Virus record (IMG/VR): IMGVR_UViG_3300045988_062257
DNA: 64,000 nucleotides
From: a virus
Reading direction: 5' to 3' (one strand)
The notes beneath the pieces are model-generated. The model saw only the letters and a program-made list of their open reading frames with translations. It made no database searches and had not been told where the DNA came from. Below are positions 25,751 to 34,982 of the stretch, in pieces. The position numbers and the translations under genes were made by a program. Positions within the stretch are counted from its first letter, which is position 1. Each line of letters opens with the position of its first letter.

Positions 25751-26475
25751 TGATTCCCGGACTGTATAAAGTCTTTAACGAAAGATGGAATGGACAGACA
25801 ACTTGGGTATATTCAGATCCTCATTTTGGTGATAAAGAACTCGCCGCTGGAACTCCAGATCGTCCTTCCGATGAAGAGCAGGTTAAACTTATCAATAGCA
25901 AAGTTGGTAAGAAAGATGTTCTGATTATCTTGGGAGACTGCGGCGACCCGGCTATGTGCGCTAAACTTCGTGGTTATAAGGTACTTATTATGGGGAACCA
26001 TGACGCCGGCCGCAGTAATTATGAGCGCAAAAAGATTTCTCGCAAGTTCCCCAAAGAAGTCTTTCAAAAATCTGAGGCTCTTGATGAAATGAAACGCGTC
26101 TACCCCGGTTGTCAGTATTCTATTACCGAGGGGTATGACTTCCATTCCCCTTTTGAGTATTGGGAAGTCTTTGCGGACAATAATCTATTTGACGAGATCT
26201 ATGAGGGACCTCTCATGATTGGGGAAAAACTCATTCTCTCCCATGAGCCTCTTCCTATGATGCCTTGGGTGTTTAATATTCATGGTCATGTCCATGATCG
26301 TCGTCACAAAAATGATGACAGACATCTAAATGTTTGCTCTGACGCAATTAACTACAGCCCAGTCAATCTAAATAAGTTGATGAAGAATGGGCTTACCTCA
26401 AAAATCTACTCTGTACATCGACAGACTATTGATGTAGCTACGAAAAAGAAGGAAAAGAGGAAACGCAATGGATAA
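25744..26475 (+). CDS. Calcineurin-like metallophosphoesterase (second, adjacent)
   Basis: Motifs SDPHFGD, GDCGD, GNHD, HGHVH. Confidence 0.5.
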   Translation: MVMIPGLYKVFNERWNGQTTWVYSDPHFGDKELAAGTPDRPSDEEQVKLINSKVGKKDVLIILGDCGDPAMCAKLRGYKVLIMGNHDAGRSNYERKKISRKFPKEVFQKSEALDEMKRVYPGCQYSITEGYDFHSPFEYWEVFADNNLFDEIYEGPLMIGEKLILSHEPLPMMPWVFNIHGHVHDRRHKNDDRHLNVCSDAINYSPVNLNKLMKNGLTSKIYSVHRQTIDVATKKKEKRKRNG

Positions 26476-26749
26476 TCTTATGGATTTAATATTTGGTATT
26501 GTTTACAACAATCACGATTCCGATCTCATTGGGCGCGATCAGGTTGATGATTATACTATTGACACTTGTCTGACCGCAGACCAAGGTTATGAAACCGCGG
26601 TTTGGCGAGGAAACCATAATATGGTTATTGTGGCACGTTATGCCACTAGAGAAGAAGCTGTATTGGGGCATTATGAGTGGGTTGATAGATGTAAAAGTCA
26701 TCCTCGTTCTGCCTATAGCGTTCAGTTTGAGTGCGATGTTTTATTTTAA
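26468..26749 (+). CDS. Hypothetical protein
   Basis: Start overlaps the previous stop. Confidence 0.4.
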   Translation: MDNLMDLIFGIVYNNHDSDLIGRDQVDDYTIDTCLTADQGYETAVWRGNHNMVIVARYATREEAVLGHYEWVDRCKSHPRSAYSVQFECDVLF

Positions 26750-26767
26750 TATAAGGAGTTTATTATT

Positions 26768-27031
26768 ATGATGGATGATTTTCTGGCTATTCTGGGAGCT
26801 ATTGCTTTGATAATCGCAACAGTACTCGTTCTTCCCTTTATCTCTTTTTGGCTGTGCTATTTCGGAGGATGGGTGGCTTCTATTACCATTGGTAATATTC
26901 TCACTGATGGTCTAAATACTTTGTTCCAGACAACTTGGTTTACCAAGGATATGATTCCACTTTGCGCCGGTACGCTCGGTTGGATTGGTAGCTATTTTAG
27001 GACCAGTAATCTCGGAAAGAGCAAGGATTAA
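26768..27031 (+). CDS. Small membrane protein
   Basis: Two TM helices. Confidence 0.4.
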   Translation: MMDDFLAILGAIALIIATVLVLPFISFWLCYFGGWVASITIGNILTDGLNTLFQTTWFTKDMIPLCAGTLGWIGSYFRTSNLGKSKD

Positions 27032-27037
27032 AAGAAG

Positions 27038-27073
27038 AATCAAGGGAGTAAAAAGCTCCCTTGATTTTTTTAT
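27038..27073 (+). terminator. Rho-independent terminator (AATCAAGGGAG-taaaaa-GCTCCCTTGATT plus T-run)
   Basis: Stem-loop and T7. The promoter motif follows. Confidence 0.65.
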
Positions 27074-27111
27074 TATTTTATTATATAATATATGTATAAG
27101 AAAGGAGAAGA

Positions 27112-27948
27112 TTGAAAATGCCTATTCATGATGAACTTGGAACTCGGATGAAAGAGTTCTATGAAAGCGTTCCTAAGACTAAGTTAATGCGCCGTACCCC
27201 AGTTGCAATTCGCATTGACGGTAAAGCTTTCCACACCTTTACCCGTGGTTTCAGTAAGCCTTTTGACGATGTGCTGATTAGTGCGATGCAGGATACCATG
27301 AAATATCTCTGTGAAAACATTCAAGGGTGCGTATTAGGGTATACCCAAAGTGATGAAATCACTCTTATCCTTGTTGATTACAAGCGGCTCAACAGCTCTG
27401 CTTGGTTTGATTATGAAGTGCAGAAGATGTGTTCTATTGCCGCTTCTATGGCGACGATGGCTTTCAACAAAGCATTTAATGAAGGAGTTCGGCATAGGAA
27501 TCTAGATTATTATGCCGCTCATGCGACTATGGATAACCCTTACCCACAAGATGATTTGGGCCAGACTTATGCAGTAAAAGCACAAATGGGCGCCATGTTT
27601 GATGCTCGTTGTTTCAATATCCCCAAGGAAGAGGTCACCAACCTTGTCTATTGGCGTCAGCTAGATGCAACCCGCAATTCTATTCAGATGGTAGGTCAGG
27701 CTAATTTCTCTCACAAAGAACTCCAAGGTAAATCTTGTGAGAAAATCAAAGAGATGTTAATCACGGAGAAAGGGATTTCTTGGGAAGACTTTCATCCTAT
27801 GTATAAGCATGGCTCTTGTTGCATCAAGGTTACAACTGAGACCGATGGTGTAACTCGCTCTAGCTGGGAAATTGATAAAAATATTCCGCTATTTGTCGGA
27901 GAGGGACGTGAGTATATCGAATCTCTAATCCAATGTCAGGAGGAATAA
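27112..27948 (+). CDS. Thg1-like protein (tRNA-His guanylyltransferase family, 3'-5' polymerase)
   Basis: N-terminal RIDGKAFHTFTRG signature. About 278 aa. Confidence 0.5.
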   Translation: MKMPIHDELGTRMKEFYESVPKTKLMRRTPVAIRIDGKAFHTFTRGFSKPFDDVLISAMQDTMKYLCENIQGCVLGYTQSDEITLILVDYKRLNSSAWFDYEVQKMCSIAASMATMAFNKAFNEGVRHRNLDYYAAHATMDNPYPQDDLGQTYAVKAQMGAMFDARCFNIPKEEVTNLVYWRQLDATRNSIQMVGQANFSHKELQGKSCEKIKEMLITEKGISWEDFHPMYKHGSCCIKVTTETDGVTRSSWEIDKNIPLFVGEGREYIESLIQCQEE

Positions 27949-28430
27949 CAATGGCTGAATGGCAAAAAGGAACAGGATGGAAAGAATGGTTTGAAATTAC
28001 CGGCGCGGATGGAGTAGATTTCCACCCAATTGGTCAAGATCCGCGTAAAAACCCAGCCATTGTGTTGCAGTCTAATACCAAGGAAGATATTCTAGAAAGA
28101 AAAGTCGGCTATCCAAAGAGTAATTATTCATTTTGGAAAAAAATCAATGGCAAAAAATATTATATCTCTCTTGACAATCCAATTGAGGTAACTCATAAAG
28201 TTACTATAGATGCAGAAGTAGATTGGGTTACTGGTTATTTACGAGGCGGATATTACCATGGAGAACTTGAACTATCTGAGGAAGATTATAAAACTTTTAA
28301 GAAAGATCCATTAAATTTTTTAGAAAATCATATTGATTTATGGGTAGATTGGCCATTTGAAATAAACGATTGCGAGATTGAGGACATTGGTGAACTTTCA
28401 CAAGTCTATTTTACTGATCAAACTAATTAA
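27933..28430 (+). CDS. Hypothetical protein
   Basis: Overlaps upstream gene end. Confidence 0.4.
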   Translation: MSGGITMAEWQKGTGWKEWFEITGADGVDFHPIGQDPRKNPAIVLQSNTKEDILERKVGYPKSNYSFWKKINGKKYYISLDNPIEVTHKVTIDAEVDWVTGYLRGGYYHGELELSEEDYKTFKKDPLNFLENHIDLWVDWPFEINDCEIEDIGELSQVYFTDQTN

Positions 28431-28435
28431 ATAAA

Positions 28436-28477
28436 AATCAAAAGGTTCTAATTCTTAGAACCTTTTGATTTTTTTAT
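28436..28477 (+). terminator. Rho-independent terminator (AATCAAAAGGTTCTAA-ttc-TTAGAACCTTTTGATT plus T7)
   Basis: 16-bp stem and T-run. Confidence 0.65.
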
Positions 28478-28527
28478 AAATATATATTATAATATATATA
28501 GAAAGTTAAGAAAGGAAGTTATGAAGT
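28478..28527 (+). promoter_or_regulatory. Promoter motif plus leader (ATATATATTATAATATATATAGAAAGTTAAGAAAGGAAG), consensus-like copy
   Basis: Best match to the motif repeated about 17 times in the window. Confidence 0.45.
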
Positions 28528-28683
28528 ATGGTCACTAAAAATGACGCTGTTAAAGCGTTGGAAACCCTTGATGGTATTATTGATAGTCTGGATTGGAGCG
28601 GCGTATTCATTGATGACGAGCTAAATGACATTGAAAAATCAATGGCTATCATTCAGCAGTTTATTGAACAGGAGGAAAAGTAA
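28528..28683 (+). CDS. Hypothetical small acidic protein (51 aa)
   Basis: Follows the promoter/RBS motif. Below the ORF-table cutoff. Confidence 0.25.
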   Translation: MVTKNDAVKALETLDGIIDSLDWSGVFIDDELNDIEKSMAIIQQFIEQEEK

Positions 28684-28961
28684 TGACTCATTCGCATGGT
28701 ATGTTAGGTTATCACGATAGTCCAAGATGCAAGTCCGACCTTTGGTCTCCTGTCCCATGTTCTTGTGCTCAAGAGAATCGAGCTTTTTCTCCTTTTATAG
28801 AGCATCAGCAGGACCTTGAAGATGCTGTTAATTTGCTCATTGAAGCAAGAGTAAAAGGTGAGAACTGCTCTATTCAGTTTGAAACCGAGGTATCTGATGA
28901 AGATATTGCTTGGGTGATGGCTGAAGTTGAACGGAGGTTAGCTAATGCCAGAATACCTTGA
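28683..28961 (+). CDS. Hypothetical protein
   Basis: Start coupled to the previous stop. Confidence 0.4.
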   Translation: MTHSHGMLGYHDSPRCKSDLWSPVPCSCAQENRAFSPFIEHQQDLEDAVNLLIEARVKGENCSIQFETEVSDEDIAWVMAEVERRLANARIP

Positions 28962-29712
28962 CCGTGCTGTGGCTGTATCGCAAGCCAATTTCATACATGG
29001 TCATTGGGACGATGTGTACGTGAGTGCTGCTGCACTGATGGCAATACCAGCTGCAGATGTTATTCCAGTAACTCACAGTAAGTGGGATATTGAAGTTGGC
29101 ATGAATTATCATACGGAACGAATTTGTCCGGTATGTAAGAAAGTAATCAAGAGTAACTTCTGGGAGTATTGTTCACATTGTGGGGCAAAAATGGATGGAG
29201 GCGAAAAAATGACGACTGAACTGAAAGTAATGGTTGGCATCCCCGGTAGTGGTAAATCTACTTGGGTTAAGCAAGAGGTAGCTCGAATCGAGGAAGAACA
29301 TCGTACCACTTGTGTAGTTTCCAGAGATTTCGCGCGGCAGTCCATTTTGACCGATCGTGATAGCTACTTTGACAAAGAAGTTGAAGTATTCGACGAATTT
29401 GTCCGGCAGATTAACGAAGCTATGGAACTTGGTATTGATGTTGTGTTTGCGGATGCGACTCATATTAGCCCCGCTTCTCGTGCAAAGCTCCTTGGTCGGT
29501 TGATCGCAGATCCGCATACCAAATTGACCTTTGAAGTCATTGATGTCCCTGTTGAAACCGCTCTTGAGCGTAATGCTCAGCGGACTGGCGTTGCCAGAAT
29601 CCCCGATTCCGCAATTAAGAAGATGAAGAAGGGATTTTCTATTCCTACTGAAAAAGAGTTTCCTAAAACCAATTGGGGATTTTCTAATATCGAGGTGCGT
29701 GTGCATCATTAA
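28945..29712 (+). CDS. Polynucleotide-kinase-like P-loop kinase with N-terminal zinc ribbon
   Basis: CPVCKK...CSHCG zinc ribbon, then Walker A GIPGSGKST and PNK-kinase-like downstream region. Confidence 0.45.
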   Translation: MPEYLDRAVAVSQANFIHGHWDDVYVSAAALMAIPAADVIPVTHSKWDIEVGMNYHTERICPVCKKVIKSNFWEYCSHCGAKMDGGEKMTTELKVMVGIPGSGKSTWVKQEVARIEEEHRTTCVVSRDFARQSILTDRDSYFDKEVEVFDEFVRQINEAMELGIDVVFADATHISPASRAKLLGRLIADPHTKLTFEVIDVPVETALERNAQRTGVARIPDSAIKKMKKGFSIPTEKEFPKTNWGFSNIEVRVHH

Positions 29713-29801
29713 GAATAAGTTTTTCAATGACTATCAAAGATGAGGTCAGAAGTAATAAAAGAGTATGTAAGAATTTCCATTTATAAATGGAAGATGATAA
29801 A

Positions 29802-30506
29802 ATGTATTTCATTTATAAAATCGAAAATCTGATTAACCATAAAATCTATATTGGTTCCAGTGACTAGTCACGAGGATTTACAACAAGGTGGTATGAACAT
29901 TAGCAAAATGCTCGTCTCGAATCTCGCGCAGGATATGAATATCCATTATATCGAGCCATAAGAAAATATGGTATAGAGAATTTTGATTTTCAAATCTTAA
30001 TAAAAGATATTCAAACTCCAGAAGAAAGATATAAATTAGAGCATGATGCAATCATTGAATATAATAGCTTAACCTCTTAGCATGGATATAATCAAACTCT
30101 AAACACAGAATATCCGTTTGATGATCCAGAAGTACGAGCTAAATTGGCAACACCCATTTGTGCCATTTCAGAAACAAGTGGAGAAAAGAAATTTTTTCCT
30201 ACAATAACTGCCGCAGCTCATGAGTTAGGATCTGATAGAGCTAGTATTAGAAAATGCGCATCCGGTAGTACCAGATATAAAACAGTAAAGGGATTTATAT
30301 TTAGGGAATATAATCCAGAAACACTGGAAATCATTCCAAATAACATCCCCATAGAAGAAGCCAGCAAGTTAATTGAAATCAATGGAGAATTTCACAATTT
30401 CAAAGATTGGTGTTCCATTTATAATATTTCAAAAAATTCGGTATACAAGCGTATGAAAAATGGAATGTCGAGAATTGAAGCCATTACAACACCCAAAAGG
30501 AAGTGA
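29802..30506 (+). CDS. GIY-YIG homing endonuclease with NUMOD-like C-terminal DNA-binding domain; three in-frame TAG
   Basis: YFIYKIENLINHKIYIGSSD*SRGFTTRWYEH*QNAR (GIY...YIG...R..H) and C-terminal AAAHELGSDRASIRKC (NUMOD1-like). The ORF table lists only the C-terminal part (30144-30506), in frame with ATG 29802. Confidence 0.6.
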
Positions 30507-30512
30507 CTTATA

Positions 30513-31199
30513 TTGAAAATTTGGCTATCATCAGATTACCATTATAATCACGATAAGGAGTTCATCTGGAAAGCCCGTGGTTTTGAAAGCGTTGAAGAGA
30601 TGAATGAAACTATCGTAAAGAAGAATAATGAGTGTGTGGCACCGGAAGATACACTTATTATCTGCGGCGACCTCATGCTTGGTGGGGCTGATAAGCTCGA
30701 AGAAGGACTTGCTTTGCTCAATCGCATGAATGGTCTTAAGCTCGTGGTTGGTGGTAACCATGATACCCCTAATCGTAGAGAAGCCTATCTTAAGGCTGGT
30801 ATTCCTGTATTTGATGCTTATGCTTTTACCTACCGCAAGTATCATTTCTATGCTTCTCATTATCCTACTTTGACCGGCAACCTTGAGAAAGAGTCCCTCA
30901 AGCAGGTGACTTGTAATCTTTTTGGTCATACCCATCAGACCTCCAACTTCTACAATGAAATTCCATTTATGTACCATGTAGGAGTTGACTCTCATGAATG
31001 TTATCCTGTTCTTCTTGATGATGTTATCAAGGAAATGAATGAGAAGGTTGAGGAGTGTAAGGCGCAGCTGTAGATTGAAGAGTCAAGCCCTATCATAAGA
31101 TGTAATAAATGTATATATACCTATCCTAATTGTGGCTGTATCCCTGGGTTTTGTAAATCTTATAAGCGAGATCCTCCCGATGGAGGCTACTATGGATAA
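30513..31199 (+). CDS. Calcineurin-like metallophosphoesterase; TAG at 31071-31073 followed in frame by a 42-codon Cys-rich extension
   Basis: Motifs SDYHYNHD, GDLMLGG, GNHD, GHTH. After the TAG the frame stays open to TAA ~31197, encoding CNKCIYTYPNCGCIPGFC, a zinc-ribbon-like tail. Confidence 0.45.
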
Positions 31200-31255
31200 A
31201 CAATGCTAACGCATTGATTTATGAATAAACAATTTAATATATTAAGGAGTAACAC

Positions 31256-32752
31256 ATGGAAATTTTGATGACTATTCTTCCTTTTGTTCCTGCGGTGATT
31301 ATTGCTATTGCTCTTATCGCCCTCTTGGCTTCTGGTTATGTAAAGGCTCCACCTGATGTTGCCTATATCATTTCTGGTCTGCACAAGAAACCTCGTATTT
31401 TGGTCGGTAAGGCTGGCATCAAGATTCCCTTCTTGGAGCGACTGGATAAGCTGGCACTAGGAGCCATTCAGATTGATGTTAAGACTGGCTCTGCCGTGCC
31501 GACTGCTGAATACATCAATGTGCGAGTCGATTCTACCGTTTCTGTACGCGTGGGTCAGAGCGAAGAGATGATTGCTCTTGCTGCTCAGAACTTCCTAAAT
31601 GTCTCTCGCGATCAGATCGCACAGAAGATTAACGATCTTTTGGAAGGCAATATTCGTGAGATTGTGGGCCAGATGAAGCTAACTGAAATGGTCGGCGACC
31701 GCAAGGCCTTCTCCGAAAAGGTACAGGAAAATGCTGTACCTGACCTGGCTCGTTTTGGTCTGGAGTTGGTTTCTTTCAATGTCCAGAACTTCTCTGATGA
31801 TAATGATGTTATCACCAACCTCGGTATTGATAACGTCGAGCAGATCCGCAAGGACGCCGCAATTGCTAAGTCTAACGCCCAGCGCGAGATCGCGGTGGCC
31901 GAGGCTGAAAACGCTAAGGCTTCTAATGATGCCCGCGTGAAGGCTGAGGAAGAGATTGCCAAGCGTAATAACAGTCTGGCTATTCAGAAGGCTCAGTTGA
32001 AGCAGGAGGCGGATACCAAGCAGGCTCAGGCTAACGCTGCTATGGAAATCGAATCTGAGAACCAGCGTAAACTGCGCGATGTGGCCGCGGCAGATGCTGA
32101 CATTGCTCGTCAGGAAAAGGAGATTGACCTGAAGGAACGCGAAGTCGCCATTAAAGAGCGTGCTTTGGAGGCTGAGGTTAAGAAGACTGCGGAAGCCAAG
32201 AAGTATGCGGCTCAGCAGGAAGCTGATGCTAAGCTATACGCTACTCAGAAGCAGTCTGAAGCAGACCTGTATGAGCGTCAGAAAACCGCTGAAGCCGAGC
32301 GTTTTGAAGCAGAGCAGAGAGCTGAAGCCCAGCGTGCTACAGCTGAGGCTGTTCGTGTTCAGGGCGAAGCAGAAGCTGCGGCTACTAAGGCTCGTGGTGA
32401 AGCTGAGGCTGCCGCGATTCAGGCTAAGGCTGAGGCAGAAGCTGAAGGCCTTATGAAGAAGGCAGAAGCCATGAAGCAGTATGGCGAAGCTGCCAAGATG
32501 GATATGCAGATGGAAGCCCTCAAGCTGTACTTCCAGCAGTTGCCTGCTATTGCTCAGGCTACCGGTCAGGCGTACACCAATGTTGACAAGATTGTAATGT
32601 TTGGTGATGACACCAGCAAACTGTCTGGCAACATTATCAAGAATGTCGCTCAGGTTTCTGAGGGACTGAGTGAATCCCTCGGTATTGATGTGAAAACCTT
32701 GCTCACCGGTTTTCTCGGTGGCAAGTTGGCAGACTCCTCTAATAAGGAGTAA
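31256..32752 (+). CDS. SPFH/band-7 (flotillin-like) membrane protein with long A/E/K-rich coiled coil
   Basis: N-terminal TM helix, SPFH core, then about 200 aa EA-rich repeats (AEAEAAA...). Confidence 0.55.
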   Translation: MEILMTILPFVPAVIIAIALIALLASGYVKAPPDVAYIISGLHKKPRILVGKAGIKIPFLERLDKLALGAIQIDVKTGSAVPTAEYINVRVDSTVSVRVGQSEEMIALAAQNFLNVSRDQIAQKINDLLEGNIREIVGQMKLTEMVGDRKAFSEKVQENAVPDLARFGLELVSFNVQNFSDDNDVITNLGIDNVEQIRKDAAIAKSNAQREIAVAEAENAKASNDARVKAEEEIAKRNNSLAIQKAQLKQEADTKQAQANAAMEIESENQRKLRDVAAADADIARQEKEIDLKEREVAIKERALEAEVKKTAEAKKYAAQQEADAKLYATQKQSEADLYERQKTAEAERFEAEQRAEAQRATAEAVRVQGEAEAAATKARGEAEAAAIQAKAEAEAEGLMKKAEAMKQYGEAAKMDMQMEALKLYFQQLPAIAQATGQAYTNVDKIVMFGDDTSKLSGNIIKNVAQVSEGLSESLGIDVKTLLTGFLGGKLADSSNKE

Positions 32753-32755
32753 TTT

Positions 32756-32793
32756 TAAAGAACCGCGTTCGTAAGAGCGCGGTTCTTTTTTTT
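32756..32793 (+). terminator. Rho-independent terminator (AAAGAACCGCG-ttcgtaaga-GCGCGGTTCTTT plus T8)
   Basis: GC-rich stem and T-run. Confidence 0.65.
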
Positions 32794-32930
32794 GTCGCTA
32801 GTATCGTCGATCTCCGAGTTTCCGCACGCATAGGCCCAGCAAATTTTTCGGAGAAATAGGGCAAATTTGATTTATCTATAAAATTTTGCTATCATATAGG
32901 TAAAGAATTAAATAAGGAGAATAAAACTAT

Positions 32931-33395
32931 ATGAATTTGGTTAAAGCTATATATAAGGCTCCTGTGACTGTGAAAGAATATTGGGAAGAAAAAGGTGCTA
33001 CTGTTGTAATAATTCGTTACAATGGCAAAAGTTTTTGTGGTACAGCTAATTTAAGCAAGCGGGATGAGGGCTTCTACTCTAAAAAAGTTGGATATAACAT
33101 TGCTCTATCTAGAGCGAGAATCCAAGCTCTTACACATTTTTATAAACAAGAGAAAGATAAGTTTAATGTCCGTAATCAGTTTTATCAAGAGGTATTAGGT
33201 CTTGGGGTTAAAACTCCTGCGGAAGTGGATCCATTGGGCGCTTTTAATCGAAATATGATGCGCTGTAAATATAGAGCCGACGCACTTAAAGAGGCTCTTG
33301 ATAAAGAGAAAAATATGCTACATAAATATATTCTTGGTCAAGATAAAGCTATTGAGTCTGTCAAACGCTTTAGACAGAAGGCCGAGAATAATTAA
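32931..33395 (+). CDS. Hypothetical protein
   Basis: RBS AAGGAGAATAAAACTATATG. Confidence 0.4.
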   Translation: MNLVKAIYKAPVTVKEYWEEKGATVVIIRYNGKSFCGTANLSKRDEGFYSKKVGYNIALSRARIQALTHFYKQEKDKFNVRNQFYQEVLGLGVKTPAEVDPLGAFNRNMMRCKYRADALKEALDKEKNMLHKYILGQDKAIESVKRFRQKAENN

Positions 33396-33429
33396 CAAAC
33401 TTCTCTTATTTATTATAATAATATAAGAG

Positions 33430-33660
33430 GTGGTTTTATTGGTAAATATTTTAATTGGAGTTCTCCTTATCACAGTAGGTGCCACCTTACTCAATAGTAT
33501 TAGCGAAATTATAAGTGCTATTACAGAACTTATTAAAGCTAATATAAATGAAAGGATTGTTCGTCATAATGTTGCGATTAATAAACTTAGTGAAGGAGAA
33601 ACTCATTTCGGGGCAATCGGATTTGCCACTATATTCGAAGAGGAAGATGACCATGAATAA
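33430..33660 (+). CDS. Small membrane protein
   Basis: Single N-terminal TM helix. Non-ATG start. Confidence 0.3.
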   Translation: MVLLVNILIGVLLITVGATLLNSISEIISAITELIKANINERIVRHNVAINKLSEGETHFGAIGFATIFEEEDDHE

Positions 33661-34921
33661 TGATGTACGGTTTCCAACAGATAGATACTTCTACGATACT
33701 TGCTCCCTTTTGTTAGCCGGAGAAAGTCTATTTGAGCAAGATAGGGATCCTTTCTTAGTTTCCTCAATTACCCTAAAAGAATTAGAGAGAATTAAGACAG
33801 CTTCAAATAAGGATGCTGACATCAAGTATTCGGCGCGTCTATTACTCCATTTATTTGAAGAATATCCAGATAAATATGAAGTAATTCCACATAAAGTATA
33901 TAACGAGCTTGTAATTAAAGAAGCTGATTTCGATATTACTGATGATACCCGTATTTTGTCTGACGCTATCGCGTGCGATAAAGAAAAAGATATTGTCTTT
34001 GTAACTAACGATTTAAGTCTAAAGCATATCGCTAATTGCTTCTTTGGTAATGGAATGATTGAAAGCGTTCCAGAAGAAGTAGACGATTATACTGGCTATC
34101 TTGAAGTTACTTATAGCGACGAAGCTCTAGCAGAGTTCTACCAGAACCCAAACGATAATTCCTTTAATCTATTACCAGGGCAGTATCTTATCCTAAAAAA
34201 TAGTAATGGAGAGATTGTTGATTTGCGGGTTTGGACAGGCGAAGAGTTTAGATATCTTTCTTCTAAGACTATTAACTCTAAATGGTTTGGTAAAATTTCT
34301 CCATACTCTGGAGATATTTATCAGAAGATGCTATTCGATAGTTTGCGTAATAACAAGCTAACTCTTGTTAAAGGTCCAGCTGGTAGCGGCAAGACTTTCG
34401 TTTCTCTTGCTTACTTAATGGCAAAACTGGAAGCCCATGAACTAGATAAGATTATTATCTTCTGCAACACTGTTGCTACTGCTAATTCTGCTCGTCTCGG
34501 ATATTATCCTGGAACAAAAGATGAAAAACTACTTGACTCTCAGATTGGCAACTTGCTAAGTAGTAAGTTTGGCGGTCGAGAGGAAGTTGAGAGACTAATC
34601 GCAGAAGGTAAACTAGTTTTACTACCATTCTCTGATATTCGTGGTTATGATACATCTGGTATGAACGCAGGTATCTATATTTCTGAAGCTCAAAACCTTG
34701 ATCGTACACTAATGAAACTCGCTTTACAGCGCGTTGGTGAAGATTGTATTTGCATTATTGATGGTGATGAAAAAACTCAGGTTGATGATATTCACTTCTC
34801 TGGTGCAAATAATGGTATGCGGAGGGTATCAAAAGTATTCAGAGGTAAGAATATTTATGGAGAGGTAACTCTTAAGAATATCTATCGTAGTGAGATTGCG
34901 TCTATCGCTGATAAAATTTAA
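33653..34921 (+). CDS. phoH: PIN-domain plus PhoH-like ATPase
   Basis: N-terminal PIN-like FYDTCSLL...D, Walker A GPAGSGKT, PhoH-like C-terminus. ATG 33653 overlaps the end of the previous ORF (ORF table start 33548 is in frame). Confidence 0.55.
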   Translation: MNNDVRFPTDRYFYDTCSLLLAGESLFEQDRDPFLVSSITLKELERIKTASNKDADIKYSARLLLHLFEEYPDKYEVIPHKVYNELVIKEADFDITDDTRILSDAIACDKEKDIVFVTNDLSLKHIANCFFGNGMIESVPEEVDDYTGYLEVTYSDEALAEFYQNPNDNSFNLLPGQYLILKNSNGEIVDLRVWTGEEFRYLSSKTINSKWFGKISPYSGDIYQKMLFDSLRNNKLTLVKGPAGSGKTFVSLAYLMAKLEAHELDKIIIFCNTVATANSARLGYYPGTKDEKLLDSQIGNLLSSKFGGREEVERLIAEGKLVLLPFSDIRGYDTSGMNAGIYISEAQNLDRTLMKLALQRVGEDCICIIDGDEKTQVDDIHFSGANNGMRRVSKVFRGKNIYGEVTLKNIYRSEIASIADKI

Positions 34922-34926
34922 TAATA

Positions 34927-34958
34927 AGGTCGAGGGAGAAATCCCTCGACCTATTTTT
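34927..34958 (+). terminator. Rho-independent terminator (AGGTCGAGGGA-gaaa-TCCCTCGACCT plus T-run)
   Basis: 11-bp stem followed by ATTTTTAT. Confidence 0.6.
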
Positions 34959-34982
34959 ATACCCTAATTGGAGGTGAGGTCA

